Below are positions 22,047 to 32,541 of a stretch of 64,000 nucleotides of DNA, piece after piece. The DNA lies in NCBI GenBank assembly GCA_965250285.1, contig OZ252299.1, forward strand, positions 160,001 to 224,000, given 5' to 3'. The notes under the pieces were generated by a model. It made no database searches. It was not told the origin of the DNA and was given only the letters and a program-made list of their open reading frames with translations. The number at the start of each line of letters is the position of its first letter. Positions within the stretch are counted from its first letter, which is position 1. The DNA is from Myxococcota bacterium (lineage in GTDB: Bacteria; Myxococcota_A; UBA9160; UBA4427). The translations under genes and the position numbers were made by a program.

Positions 22047-22128
22047 CCCGAATTCGTGAGCAGGGGCGGGGGGTTCCGCCCCGTCGGCGCTCACGGATGA
22101 CTGCGGACGGACCGGCACCGTGGGGGTC

Positions 22129-23085
22129 ATGCCGGATTTCCTGAAGCGCCTATCCGCCCCGATCGCGTTCGGTGCGCTCGTACTGCTCGCGGCCGTCACC
22201 ATGGTCGGCGACCGGCGCGATCTGTCCGAAGGCGGCGGCGATCTGCCGTGGTGGCAGGGCCTGCTGCTCGACGTCGCGATCCCCATTCAGAAGGTGTTGG
22301 CTGCCCCCGTCGAGACGCTCGGCGACGCGTGGTCGAACTACGTCGACCTCGTCGGTGTCGAGCACGACAACGCGCGCCTTCGCGATGAGATCGCGCGCCT
22401 CGAAGAAGAGAACCTGCAGTACCGCGAGGCGCTGGTCGCGAGCGGTCACCTCGATCGAATCGCCGACATGCGCGACGAATTCGAGATGCATTTGTTGCCG
22501 AGTGAAGTTGTCGGGCTCGACGTCTCGCCGTCGTTCGAATCGGTTCTGCTCGATCGCGGTCGAAGCCACGGCGTTCGTTCGGGCTTTCCCGTCGTGACCG
22601 AGGCGGGTGTCGTTGGTCTCGTCACACACACGGCAGGACACGCTGCGAAGACCATGCTCGTCCTCGATCGACAGAGCGCCGTCGAAGGCGTCGTACAGCG
22701 CAGCCGGGTACGCGGCATCGTGCGTGGTCATGGCTCGGACGACCTGCGCTTCGAGTTCCTGGTCCGCGGCGGCGATGTCGAGGTCGGCGATACGGTGCTG
22801 ACCTCCGGTCTGGGCGGCGTTTATCCCAAGGGCTTGCGCATCGGTGAAGTGGTCGACGTCGAAGAGGCAGGCGGACGCCTGCTGCAGATCGCGAAGGTCG
22901 AGCCGAGCGTCGACTTCGGTCGCCTCGAGCAGGTCTTCGTCATGCTTCGACACGGTCCGACCTTCGACATGTTGAACGCGCAGCGCGGCGCCGAGCCGCC
23001 CGACCTCTTCGAGCCCGAGCAAGAAGAGGGCGACGCCGAGCTGGCGACCGAGGCGGGTACAGCCGCGGAGGCCCCCGCCTCGTGA
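22129..23085 (+). CDS. mreC: Rod shape-determining protein MreC
   Basis: TM, coiled coil and TSGLGGVYPKG. Position after mreB. Confidence 0.95.
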   Translation: MPDFLKRLSAPIAFGALVLLAAVTMVGDRRDLSEGGGDLPWWQGLLLDVAIPIQKVLAAPVETLGDAWSNYVDLVGVEHDNARLRDEIARLEEENLQYREALVASGHLDRIADMRDEFEMHLLPSEVVGLDVSPSFESVLLDRGRSHGVRSGFPVVTEAGVVGLVTHTAGHAAKTMLVLDRQSAVEGVVQRSRVRGIVRGHGSDDLRFEFLVRGGDVEVGDTVLTSGLGGVYPKGLRIGEVVDVEEAGGRLLQIAKVEPSVDFGRLEQVFVMLRHGPTFDMLNAQRGAEPPDLFEPEQEEGDAELATEAGTAAEAPAS

Positions 23086-23618
23086 AGCGCGCCGCCCTGC
23101 TCGGGGCGATCGGTGTGCTCGCGTTGATCGCGCAGGGCGCGCTCGCCCGGGCCATCGCGCCCCCCTTCTGTCCCGACCTCGGCTTCCTCGTCGTCGTCGG
23201 CATCGGTTCGTGCTGGCGCGGTCGCACCTCGGGGCTGGTGCTGAGCGCAGCGCTCGGCTGGACCGCCGATCTCTACTCGGGCTCGCTCTTCGGGCAAACG
23301 GCGCTGCTGCGCATCGTCGCCTTCTCGAGCGCGCTGCTGGCGAGCCGCCAGCTCAACCTGCGCGGCGGCTTGCCGCTCATGCTCTTCACGGCGGCTCTCA
23401 CCATCGCATGTGGCCTCATTTCCCAGGGGCTGTCTGCGGCCTATGTCGGCGCCGCGCCCCTCGGCCTCGGTGGCCTCGGCGCGCTGGTCGTACACGCCTG
23501 CGTGAACGCCGTGGTCGCGCCCCCGGTGCTGGCGCTCGTGCGCCGCGCGGCCCAGTGGGCCGGTGACGAGGCAGGTGGACGCCCGCTGCACGTCGACCCG
23601 CTCGGCGGGCCGGCCTGA
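23082..23618 (+). CDS. mreD: Rod shape-determining protein MreD
   Basis: Hydrophobic protein with PDL and GWTADLYSG, between mreC and mrdA with overlapping codons. Confidence 0.85.
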   Translation: MKRAALLGAIGVLALIAQGALARAIAPPFCPDLGFLVVVGIGSCWRGRTSGLVLSAALGWTADLYSGSLFGQTALLRIVAFSSALLASRQLNLRGGLPLMLFTAALTIACGLISQGLSAAYVGAAPLGLGGLGALVVHACVNAVVAPPVLALVRRAAQWAGDEAGGRPLHVDPLGGPA

Positions 23619-25618
23619 TGGGCGGGCGCATCCCCGACAGCCGGCTCAGTGGTGGCAACGAGCCGCCCAGCGAACTGCGCATCGGTCTGGTCGCCGTCGG
23701 CATGACGCTCGTTTTCATGATCTTCGTGGCGCGGCTCTTCTTCCTGCAGATCCTCGAAGGCGCCGATCTCGCCGATCGATCGCTTCGCAACTCGGTGCGT
23801 CAGGTGCGGGTCGAAGCGCCGCGAGGCGAGATCGTCGACCGCGAGGGGCGTGTGCTGGCGACGTCGCGGCCCGCGTTTCGCGTTCAGGTGATCCCCAGCG
23901 AGCTGCAGGCGCCCGATGACACCTACGCGGCGCTCGGCGCCATGCTGGCCCGCAACGACGTCGAGCTGGCCGCCGAGGTCGGGCGGCCCAGCGGTCGGCG
24001 GCGCTTTCAGCCCGTGACGATCGACGGCGACCTGTCCGGCGACGAGCGCGCCCGCATCGAGACGCTTCGCTACGCCCTGCCCGGTGTGATGACCGACATG
24101 TTGCCGCGCCGGCTCTATGTCGAAGAAGACCTTGCCGCGCACCTGATGGGCTCGATCGGCGAGGTCACGGCGAAGCAGCTGACGACCAAGGCCTTCTCCG
24201 AATACCGGCAGGGCGAGATCGTCGGCCAGTCGGGGATCGAAGCCGGGATGGAGGCGGCGCTGCGCGGGCGGGCGGGCGGGCGCAACCTGATCGTCGACGT
24301 CGCAGGCCGCGAGATGGACGTCATCGAGGAGGTCGAGCCGGTGCCCGGTGGGCGCGTCGTCCTCACCATCGATCGCGATCTGCAGGCGGCGGCCGAGGAC
24401 GCGTTCGATGCGACCTACGGCCTGGCACCCGAAGGCGAGGAGCCGCCGGCCGCCATGGGCGCCGTCGTCGCGATCGACGTGCGCAACGGCGACGTGCTGG
24501 CGCTCGTGTCGCGCCCCGCCTACGACCCGAATCTGTTCGCGGGCGGCATCGCTCCGGCCGATTGGGGCATGCTGACGACAGACGAGTGGAAGCCGCTGCG
24601 CAACCGCGCGATCTCTGGCCAGTACTCGCCAGGCTCGACGTACAAGCCCTTCGTCGCACTGGCCGGCCTGATCGAAGGCAAGATCACGCCCGAGACCGAG
24701 GTGTTCTGCCCGGGGTACTACCGGCTCGGCCGCCGCGTGTACCGCTGCTGGAAGCGAGGCGGTCACGGCGACGTCGACTTGAACGCGGCGCTCGCCGGCA
24801 GCTGCGACGTCTACTTCTATCAGCTCGGGGTCGAGCTCGGCATCGACACCATCGCGCGCTACGCGAAGGCCTTCGGTCTGGGCCGCCGTACAGGCATCGC
24901 CCTGCCGAGCGAGACGAGGGGTCTCATCCCGACGCGCGCGTGGAAGAAGGAGGCCCGCGGCGAAGACTGGATCAAGGGCGAGACCGTTTCGGCGTCGATC
25001 GGGCAGGGCTTCAATCTCGCGACTCTGGTTCAGCTCGCCGTCTCGTATGCCGCGCTCGCGAACGGCGAGACGGTGCACCAGCCCCGGCTCGTCTCGCGCG
25101 TCGAGACGTGGGACGGTGAGGTCCTCGAAGAGGTGCCCCCGGCCGAAGGCGAACCGATCGGACTCGATCCCGAGGCGATCGCCCGCGTGCGCGAGGCCCT
25201 GGCCGAGGTGGTCAACGCCGACGGCGGGACCGGCGCCCGGGCGCGGCTGCCCGACGTGATCGTGGCGGGCAAGACCGGCACGACCCAGGTCGTCAGCCTC
25301 GACCTGGTGAAGGATCTCGAGCCCGAAGAGGTGCCGATCCGGTACCGAGACCATGCGCTCTTCGGCGCGTTCGCGCCGGCCGACGCACCCGAGATCGCGG
25401 TCGCCGTGCTCGTCGAGCACGCGGGCTCGGGCGGCGGCACCGTGGCCGCTCCGATCGCGCGCGCCGTGCTCGAGCGCTACTTCGAGAAGCAGCGCGCGGC
25501 CCTCGAGCCCGGCCCCGACGAGAGCGACATCGAGGCAGACGAGGAAGAACAGCCCGAAGAGGTCGATCCCGATGCGCCTTCGGTGATGGCGGCGCTCGAG
25601 CTGCCGGAGCGAACCTGA
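23618..25618 (+). CDS. mrdA: Penicillin-binding protein 2
   Basis: PGSTYK (SxxK), SCD and KTGT. APRGEIVDR. Confidence 0.97.
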   Translation: MGGRIPDSRLSGGNEPPSELRIGLVAVGMTLVFMIFVARLFFLQILEGADLADRSLRNSVRQVRVEAPRGEIVDREGRVLATSRPAFRVQVIPSELQAPDDTYAALGAMLARNDVELAAEVGRPSGRRRFQPVTIDGDLSGDERARIETLRYALPGVMTDMLPRRLYVEEDLAAHLMGSIGEVTAKQLTTKAFSEYRQGEIVGQSGIEAGMEAALRGRAGGRNLIVDVAGREMDVIEEVEPVPGGRVVLTIDRDLQAAAEDAFDATYGLAPEGEEPPAAMGAVVAIDVRNGDVLALVSRPAYDPNLFAGGIAPADWGMLTTDEWKPLRNRAISGQYSPGSTYKPFVALAGLIEGKITPETEVFCPGYYRLGRRVYRCWKRGGHGDVDLNAALAGSCDVYFYQLGVELGIDTIARYAKAFGLGRRTGIALPSETRGLIPTRAWKKEARGEDWIKGETVSASIGQGFNLATLVQLAVSYAALANGETVHQPRLVSRVETWDGEVLEEVPPAEGEPIGLDPEAIARVREALAEVVNADGGTGARARLPDVIVAGKTGTTQVVSLDLVKDLEPEEVPIRYRDHALFGAFAPADAPEIAVAVLVEHAGSGGGTVAAPIARAVLERYFEKQRAALEPGPDESDIEADEEEQPEEVDPDAPSVMAALELPERT

Positions 25619-25620
25619 CG

Positions 25621-26724
25621 ATGTTGCGTGTCGATCGGCGCAGCGTGCAGAACTTCGACTGGGTCCTGATGGGGCTGCTCGGTCTGCTGATCACGATGAG
25701 CATCGTGAATCTGCTCTCGGCGACTGCGGCCGGTGTCGAGGGTGGCTCGAGCAACATCGTCGATCGTCAGTTGATGGCGATGGGCGGCGGCTTCGTCGTC
25801 ATGCTCGTCGTCGCGTTCATCGACTACCGCCACTACGAACGCCTGGCGCCGCTCGCCTTCATCGGCGTGCTCGGCCTGCTGGGGCTCACGCTGGTGGTCG
25901 GCACCGAGACGCGCGGCGCCCAGGCTTGGCTCTGGGGCGGCCGCTTCCAGCCCTCCGAGCTCGCGAAGATCGCGCTGGTCCTGGCGCTCGCGCGCTTCTT
26001 CTCGCGCACGCCGCCATCGACGCTGACCGAGCTTCGGCAACTGGCCGTGCCGGGCCTGATCATCGCGGCGCCGGTCGGCATGATCCTGCTGCAGCGCGAC
26101 ATGGGCGTGGCGCTGCTGACGCTGCTCGTCGGCCTCACGTATCTGCCGATGGTCCACATCCCGCTGCGGGCCTGGGGCGGGATCGGTCTGCTCTCGCTGA
26201 TGGGGCTCGCCGGGCTGTGGGAGTTCGGTCTCAAGGAGTACCAGCAGCAGCGCATTCTCGACTTCCTCGACCCGTCTCGTGACCCGCTCTCGTCGGGCTA
26301 CCAGGCGATGCAGTCGCGGATCGCGGTGGGCAGCGGCGGTCTCGCCGGCACGGGCTGGATGGAAGGCACGCAGACGCAGCTGCGCTTCTTGCCGACCCAG
26401 CACACCGACTTCGTGTTCTCGGTGCTCGCCGAGGAGTGGGGCTTCATCGGCTCGAGCTTCGCGCTGCTCGCGTTCCTCTCGATGCTGCTGTGGGGCCTGT
26501 GGATCGCGCGCAACTCGAAGGACACCTTCGGCGCCATGGTCGCCGTGGGGGTCGTCGGCTGCCTCTTCTGGCCGGCCGCGATCAATGTCGCCATGGTGCT
26601 CGGGTTGGCCCCGGTGATCGGCGTGCCCCTGCCGCTCTTCTCCTACGGCGGCTCGGCGATCCTGTCGGCTTCGATCTGCATGGGGCTGCTGCTGAACGTC
26701 TCGATGCGGCGGTACGTCTTCTAG
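25621..26724 (+). CDS. rodA: SEDS glycosyltransferase RodA
   Basis: FQPSELAK, HTDFVFSVLAEEWG and PLFSYGGS. Confidence 0.97.
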   Translation: MLRVDRRSVQNFDWVLMGLLGLLITMSIVNLLSATAAGVEGGSSNIVDRQLMAMGGGFVVMLVVAFIDYRHYERLAPLAFIGVLGLLGLTLVVGTETRGAQAWLWGGRFQPSELAKIALVLALARFFSRTPPSTLTELRQLAVPGLIIAAPVGMILLQRDMGVALLTLLVGLTYLPMVHIPLRAWGGIGLLSLMGLAGLWEFGLKEYQQQRILDFLDPSRDPLSSGYQAMQSRIAVGSGGLAGTGWMEGTQTQLRFLPTQHTDFVFSVLAEEWGFIGSSFALLAFLSMLLWGLWIARNSKDTFGAMVAVGVVGCLFWPAAINVAMVLGLAPVIGVPLPLFSYGGSAILSASICMGLLLNVSMRRYVF

Positions 26725-26791
26725 CCCCCGATCCTGTGCGCTTCGCTGCACGCGCCGGCGCTGACCGGCCGAGAGCTGATACACTGCAGGC

Positions 26792-27553
26792 ATGAGCGAG
26801 CACGCCGTCTCGAAGCCGCGCCACGCCCACCGTGTCGGCGCCTTCTTCGACATGGACAAGACGTTGATCTCCGAGAACTCGGGATCGGTCTACTTCAAGT
26901 ATCGCTATGAGCAGGGCGAGATCAGCGGCACCGAACTCGCCAAGGGCCTCTTCGCGTACCTGCAGTACAAGGCGGGCATCCTCGACATCGCCGCGTGGAC
27001 GCGGCAGATGATGAGAAACTTCGCCGGCCAGCGGGAGAGCGACCTCGCCGAGCAGGCACGGGTGCTCTTCGAGCAGGAGATCCTGCCGACGGTCTACCCC
27101 GAGGCCGAGCGGATCGTCCGCGAGCACCAGGCGAAGGGCCACGTCGTCGCCATCGTGTCGGGCGCCACGCGGTTCGTCGTCGAGCCGCTCGCCGAACATC
27201 TCGGGGTCGAGCACATGCTCTACACGGGGATGGAGGTGGAGGGCGGGCTCTTCACCGGTCGAGCCATCGAGCCGGTGTGCTTCGAAGAGGGCAAGATCTT
27301 CTGGCTGCAGCAGTTCATCGAGCGGGAGCGCATCGATCTCGCGCGCAGCTGGTTCTACACCGACTCGGTGACCGACCTGCCGCTCCTCGAGCTGGTCGGA
27401 CATCCGATGGCGGTGAACCCCGATCCCTTCCTGTATCGGACGGCCATGCGCAGGCGCTGGCCGGTGCGGCTCTTCGAGCCGCCGTCTCCCGGTGGAACGC
27501 CGGACGGAGCGCCCAACGGCGCTCCGCCCGGGAGGCTTACAGCAGCTTCTTGA
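26792..27553 (+). CDS. HAD-IB family hydrolase
   Basis: FFDMDKTL, IVSG, GK and YTDSVTDLPLL..VNPD. Confidence 0.92.
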   Translation: MSEHAVSKPRHAHRVGAFFDMDKTLISENSGSVYFKYRYEQGEISGTELAKGLFAYLQYKAGILDIAAWTRQMMRNFAGQRESDLAEQARVLFEQEILPTVYPEAERIVREHQAKGHVVAIVSGATRFVVEPLAEHLGVEHMLYTGMEVEGGLFTGRAIEPVCFEEGKIFWLQQFIERERIDLARSWFYTDSVTDLPLLELVGHPMAVNPDPFLYRTAMRRRWPVRLFEPPSPGGTPDGAPNGAPPGRLTAAS

Positions 27554-27860
27554 TCATCTCTTCGAACTGCGGCTTCGGGCGAGCCCCCATGAGCTGCTCG
27601 ACGACCTGACCGTTCTGGAAGGCCAGCACCGTCGGGATCGAGCGGATCTGGTACTGCCCGGGCGTCTGCGGCGACTCGTCGATGTTCATCTTGACCACCT
27701 TCACGCGATCACCGTACTCGTCCGCGAGGCCCTTGATGATCGGCGCGATCTGGCGGCACGGTGCGCACCACTCTGCCCAGAAGTCCACGATCACGGGGAC
27801 GTCCGAGTCGAGCACATCGGCTTGGAAGGTGGCATCGGTGACGTCTGCGAGTTCGGCCAT
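27537..27860 (-). CDS. trxA: Thioredoxin
   Basis: DFWAEWCAPC and SIPT. 107 aa. Confidence 0.96.
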   Translation of the reverse strand: MAELADVTDATFQADVLDSDVPVIVDFWAEWCAPCRQIAPIIKGLADEYGDRVKVVKMNIDESPQTPGQYQIRSIPTVLAFQNGQVVEQLMGARPKPQFEEMIKKLL

Positions 27861-28265
27861 CGGATCTCTCCTCGGTGCGGCGCCGCGAACCTGCGACGCG
27901 CGTCGTTGCGGGCGATGCGCGCGAGCCGCCGATCCCATCGATCGGTGGTGCGCCCCCCGCCTCGGGTCGGCTCGTTCGGGCCGGGTTGCACGGTATCTGC
28001 GGTGCTTCGTTTCGCGCAGGAGCCTTCGATGCCGGTTGATCCGCCGCGTTTCCGCGCGGTCGGCCGCTCCCGACGAGGCGTCGCTCCGTCCCCCCGGTGC
28101 GCGACACGGCGCCGCCGTGTGCACGCGCGCGCAGCATAGCAGCGTCGCCTTCGCATCTCGTCGGAATCGCGTCCTGCGCGCAGTCGCGCGTGCGGCGCGA
28201 TGCAACGGGGTGGGCGATCCTCCCTTGGGGACAGCGCGTTCGACTCGAAGCGCGGCGGAGCAGCG

Positions 28266-29297
28266 ATGAAGAAGAAGGGCAGGCGCGGGGCGCGAAGCAA
28301 GGCGGGCCCGCGCGCGTCGGGGGCTCGCGCGGCACGTCCGGCCCGCATGCGCGCCATCGACCGCGCCAAGGTGCGCACGGTGCGCGCGAGCAGGCGCCCC
28401 AGCCGCGTGAAGGTGCGCGACGAAGCGACGCCGCTGCCGACCGGCGCCAGCGTCGTCGATCTCGTCGAGTCGTTGCCCGACCAGCTCGCCGGAGCCGAGC
28501 TGCGCGCGGTGGTGCGTGCATGGGCGCGGGCTTGGCAGAGTGAGCGCACGGTGCTGTTCGGCTTCGGCGCGCATCTCGTCAAGGTGGGGCTCGCACCGAT
28601 CGTCATCGATCTGATGGAGCGGGGCGCAATCAACGCGCTGATGATGAACGGCGCCGGCTGCGTCCACGATCTCGAGCTGTCGATGCTCGGGCAGACCAGC
28701 GAGGACGTCGCCGCCGGCCTCGAGGACGGCTCGTTCGGCATGGCCGGTGAGACGGCCGCCCGGCTGAACGACGCCATCGCTCGAGGCCATCGAGACGGGC
28801 TCGGGATGGGCGAGGCGATCGGCGCCGACATTCTCGCGAGCCAGGATCGTCACCGCGATCGCTCGGTGCTCGCCGCGGCGGCGAGGCTCGGCATCCCCCT
28901 GACCGTGCACGTCGCCGTCGGCACCGACATTCACCACATGCATGAGGGCGCCGACGGCGCGGCCCTCGGTGCGACGAGCTACCGCGACTTCGAGCGCCTG
29001 ACGCGCGTCGTCGCCGGGCTCTCCCGGGGCGTCTTCTTCAATGTCGGCTCGGCGGTGATCCTCCCCGAGGTCTTCCTCAAGGCGCTCGCGCTCGCGCGCA
29101 ACCTGGGGCACGCCGTCCGTGACGTGACCACCGTCAATCTCGACTTCATCCGTCACTATCGGCCCGAGACCAACGTCGTCGACCGACCGACACGGGGCTC
29201 GGGGCGCGGTCACTCACTGGTCGGTCACCACGAGCTCATGCTGCCGCTGCTGGCTGCGGCGGTGGGCGAGGCTCACGCGGGCCGCCTGCACCTCTGA
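28266..29297 (+). CDS. Deoxyhypusine-synthase-like fold protein
   Basis: GAHLVKVGLAP, NGAGCVHDLE, GTDIHHMH and GSAVILPEVFLKA. Start uncertain (28266 or 28347). Confidence 0.7.
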   Translation: MKKKGRRGARSKAGPRASGARAARPARMRAIDRAKVRTVRASRRPSRVKVRDEATPLPTGASVVDLVESLPDQLAGAELRAVVRAWARAWQSERTVLFGFGAHLVKVGLAPIVIDLMERGAINALMMNGAGCVHDLELSMLGQTSEDVAAGLEDGSFGMAGETAARLNDAIARGHRDGLGMGEAIGADILASQDRHRDRSVLAAAARLGIPLTVHVAVGTDIHHMHEGADGAALGATSYRDFERLTRVVAGLSRGVFFNVGSAVILPEVFLKALALARNLGHAVRDVTTVNLDFIRHYRPETNVVDRPTRGSGRGHSLVGHHELMLPLLAAAVGEAHAGRLHL

Positions 29298-29369
29298 ACC
29301 CGGTCGCCTCGCTGCGCGGACGAGAGCCCGCCCCGCGGCGGCCGGTCACCAAGGAGCCGACGAACCGGC

Positions 29370-29909
29370 ATGGGACGCATCACGCTGCTCGAGGGCGACG
29401 TCACCGAACAGGCGGTGGACGTGATCGTGAACGCGGCCAACGAGCGGCTCGTGCTCGGCAGCGGCGTCGCCGGCGCGATCCGCGAGAAGGGCGGCCCCGA
29501 GATCCAGTCCGAGTGCGATGCCCATGGCCCCATCGAGGTGGGTGAGGCGGCCCTGACGAGCGCCGGCCGGCTGCCTGCGCGCTGGATCGCGCATGCCGCG
29601 GGCATGCCGCTCGGCGGCGAAGCCACCGAGGCGAGCGTGCGCGCGAGCCTGCGCGCGAGCTTCGAACGGGCCGCCGAAGCCGGGGGGCGTTCGATCGCCG
29701 TGCCCGCGATCGGCACCGGGGTCGGCGGCTTCTCGCTGCAGCGCTGCGCCGAGGTCAGCCTCGAGGAGGCCCGGCGAGCCCTCGAGGCCCATCCCGAGCT
29801 CGAAGAGATTCGCTTCGTGCTCTTCGGTGAGCCCGCCTATCGCGTCTTCGAGATGGTGAACGATGCCGCGAAAGTGGCGGCCCAGATGGAGCGCCTGAAG
29901 CGGCGCTGA
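29370..29909 (+). CDS. Macro domain protein (ADP-ribose binding/hydrolase)
   Basis: GDVT, IVNAAN, GSGVAGAI and PAIGTGVGG. Confidence 0.93.
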   Translation: MGRITLLEGDVTEQAVDVIVNAANERLVLGSGVAGAIREKGGPEIQSECDAHGPIEVGEAALTSAGRLPARWIAHAAGMPLGGEATEASVRASLRASFERAAEAGGRSIAVPAIGTGVGGFSLQRCAEVSLEEARRALEAHPELEEIRFVLFGEPAYRVFEMVNDAAKVAAQMERLKRR

Positions 29910-29980
29910 GACGGGCGCCCGGTCGGGATCGCCGCGGCCTCGAAACGCGCTGCGACCTCGGGGCACCCGAGGTGTGGGTT

Positions 29981-30124
29981 CGCGCGCCCGCGAGCCGACG
30001 AAACGCGCGCGCAAGCCGACCGAACGCGCCCGCAAGCCGACGGAACGCCCGCGCGATCCGACGAAACGCGCGCGCAACCCGACGGAACGCGCCCGCAAGC
30101 CGACGAAACGCGCCCGCACCGACG
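29981..30124. repeat. Intergenic 21-bp minisatellite, about 6.5 copies
   Basis: Consensus CCGACGRAACGCGCSCGCAAG at 29995, 30016, 30037, 30058, 30079 and 30100. Confidence 0.93.
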
Positions 30125-30367
30125 CCGAAGTCGGGCCGGGCTATACTCGCGACACCGCGTCGCCCGGCTGGGAGCCGGCGGCTCTCCCCCCAACGCGCTC
30201 ATCTGGCACCCGGCCGAACCGCCGGATCGGATCCGTCGTATGCATGTGCATCAGCCCAGCGCCGCCGCACCGCATCGGCGATCGTGCTCGCAGCGCGGCG
30301 GCCTCGCGCCGGTCGCGCAGGGTGCGTCGAGTGCCGGCCGCTGGGGCTGCGACGGGGGGGTGGGCTC

Positions 30368-31159
30368 GTGAACGTGCTCCAGCAGATCGCCGCGGCGCTC
30401 TATCTCGCTGCCGGTGTCGGAGCGTTGCTGGCCGTGACGCTGCCCAGCCGGCGCATGGAGCGGGGGGCCGTGATCGGCCTCGCCCTCGGTGCGTGCGCGC
30501 AGACCGTGTACTACGCGACGCTGCACCGCGCTGAGTCGGCCCCCGAGCTCGCTTCGTTGCCCGCCGCGTTCGGCCTCACGGCGTGGATGGCCGTCCTCTT
30601 CTTCCTCGCGTTCATGGGTCGGCTTCGACTGCCGGGCCTGGCCTCGATCGTCGGCTTCACCGCCTTTCTGAGTGTCTTCGTCAGCTCGCTCGGTCGAAGC
30701 TTCGGCGCGCCGGGCGAGATGGCGACCGAGGGGGGGCTGCCCCACGCGCACGTTCTGCTCTCGAGCGCTGGGCTCGCGCTGATGGGCATCGCGGGGCTCT
30801 CGGGGCTCTTCTTTCTGCTCGAGCACCGCCGCTTGAAGCAGAAGCGCAAGGTGGCCGCGGCCTATCCGATGCCGTCGCTCGAGGCCCTCGACCGGGTCAA
30901 CCTGATCTCGCTCGGCATCGGCTTCCCGCTGCTGACGCTCGGGGTCGTGACCGGGTCGCTCTGGCTCAATAACGAACGCGGCGTGCTGTGGGTCGGCACG
31001 AGTCACGAGACCTGGACCGTGATCGCCTGGGCGATCTACTTCGGTCTGGCCGTGGCGCGCTTCGCCGGCCACCAGGCGGGGCGCCAGGCGGCGGCGAGTG
31101 CGCTCGCCGGCTTCGCGTTCCTGCTCTTTGCCGTCGTGGGTGTGGAGCTGCTGCGGTGA
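30368..31159 (+). CDS. ccsA: CcsA/HemX-like cytochrome c assembly family membrane protein
   Basis: PSLEALDRVN, GFPLLTLGVVTGSLW and ETW..IAW. Coupled to hemA. Confidence 0.85.
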   Translation: MNVLQQIAAALYLAAGVGALLAVTLPSRRMERGAVIGLALGACAQTVYYATLHRAESAPELASLPAAFGLTAWMAVLFFLAFMGRLRLPGLASIVGFTAFLSVFVSSLGRSFGAPGEMATEGGLPHAHVLLSSAGLALMGIAGLSGLFFLLEHRRLKQKRKVAAAYPMPSLEALDRVNLISLGIGFPLLTLGVVTGSLWLNNERGVLWVGTSHETWTVIAWAIYFGLAVARFAGHQAGRQAAASALAGFAFLLFAVVGVELLR

Positions 31160-32541
31160 AGATCCTCCTCGTCGGCATGAATCACCGCACGGCCCCGGTC
31201 GAGGTGCGCGAGCAGTTCTCGGTGGCCGACCCCGGGGCGACGGCGGCGAAGCTCGTCGACGACGAGGCGATCGAAGAGGCCGTCGTGCTGTCGACGTGCA
31301 ACCGCGTCGAGGTCGTCGTCACGACGGACCAGCCCGAGGCAGCGCGCATGCGGCTGCGGCGCTTCTTCGCCTCGAACGTCGATGGGGCCGGCGCCGCCGC
31401 GGCGGCCGATCTCGACGAACACCTCTACTGGCTCGACGACCGATCGGCGGTTTCGCACGTGTTCCGCGTTTCGTCGGCCATCGACTCGATGGTCGTCGGC
31501 GAAGCGCAGATCCTCGGGCAGGTGAAGGATGCGTACCGTGCCGCCCTCGAGGCGAGCAGCTGCGGCCCGATCCTCTCGCGACTCTTCCAGCGCGCCTTCG
31601 CCACGGCCAAGCGCGTCAAGTCGGAGACGCGCATCTCCGAGCGCCCGGTCTCGGTCGCGCGGGTGGCCGTCGACCTCGCCGGGCAGATCTTCGAGCGCCT
31701 CGACGACAAGGCCGCCGTGCTCGTGGGCGCCGGCGACATGATCGAGACGGCGCTCTTCGCGCTGCAGCGCGAGGGCCTCGCGTCGCACCGGATCGTGAAC
31801 CGCACTGAAGCGCGCGCCGAGGGGCTCGCTCGGCGCTTCGGCGGCACCGCCCATGCGCTCGATGCGCTCGACGCCCAGCTCGCCGAGGCCGACGTCGTGC
31901 TCACGTGCATCGGGGGCGACGAGCCGATCATCGAGCCGACCCAGCTGAAAGCGATCATGCGACGGCGTCGATGGCGACCCATGTTCGTGATCGACATGGG
32001 TGTGCCGCGCAACGTCGCACCGGGTGTCGACGACGTCGATGGGGTCTACCTGTACGACATGGACGATCTGCAGGAGGTCTCGGCCGCCAACGTCGAGCGT
32101 CGGGAGCGCGAGTCGATGTATGGCGAGCGCATCGTGGCCGAAGAGGAAGAGCACTTCGACGGCTGGCTCGCAGCGCTGCGCGCAGTGCCGACGATCCGCC
32201 ATCTGCGCGCGCGCGCCGAGGCGGTGCGGCGGGGTGAGATCGAACGGCTGACCGGCCGGCTGGGCCTCGACGACGTGCAGCGCGAGGGCGTCGAGGCGCT
32301 CACGCGTGCGATCGTGAACAAGCTGCTTCATCCGCCGCTCAACCGGCTCGGCACGCTCGCCGACCGCGAGTCGGGGCTCGCCGTGCTGCAGGAGGCGCGT
32401 GCGCTGTTCGCCCTCGATGACGCCGCCGCGCCCGGCGCCTCGGCCGATGCCGAGATCCTCGCCGAGATCGATGCGCTGCATCCCGGCACGGAGCTCGATG
32501 TCGAGGACGACGCGGATGACCAGGGCGGGTCTTCGGCTTGA
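31156..32541 (+). CDS. hemA: Glutamyl-tRNA reductase
   Basis: GMNHRTAPVEVRE, STCNRVE, GEAQILGQVK and GAGDM. Confidence 0.98.
   Translation: MKILLVGMNHRTAPVEVREQFSVADPGATAAKLVDDEAIEEAVVLSTCNRVEVVVTTDQPEAARMRLRRFFASNVDGAGAAAAADLDEHLYWLDDRSAVSHVFRVSSAIDSMVVGEAQILGQVKDAYRAALEASSCGPILSRLFQRAFATAKRVKSETRISERPVSVARVAVDLAGQIFERLDDKAAVLVGAGDMIETALFALQREGLASHRIVNRTEARAEGLARRFGGTAHALDALDAQLAEADVVLTCIGGDEPIIEPTQLKAIMRRRRWRPMFVIDMGVPRNVAPGVDDVDGVYLYDMDDLQEVSAANVERRERESMYGERIVAEEEEHFDGWLAALRAVPTIRHLRARAEAVRRGEIERLTGRLGLDDVQREGVEALTRAIVNKLLHPPLNRLGTLADRESGLAVLQEARALFALDDAAAPGASADAEILAEIDALHPGTELDVEDDADDQGGSSA

Noticed and set aside
29981..30124. 21-bp repeats as CRISPR or as a coding repeat
   Set aside because: There are no unique spacers. 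The overlapping ORFs are low-complexity Arg/Ala-rich shadows.
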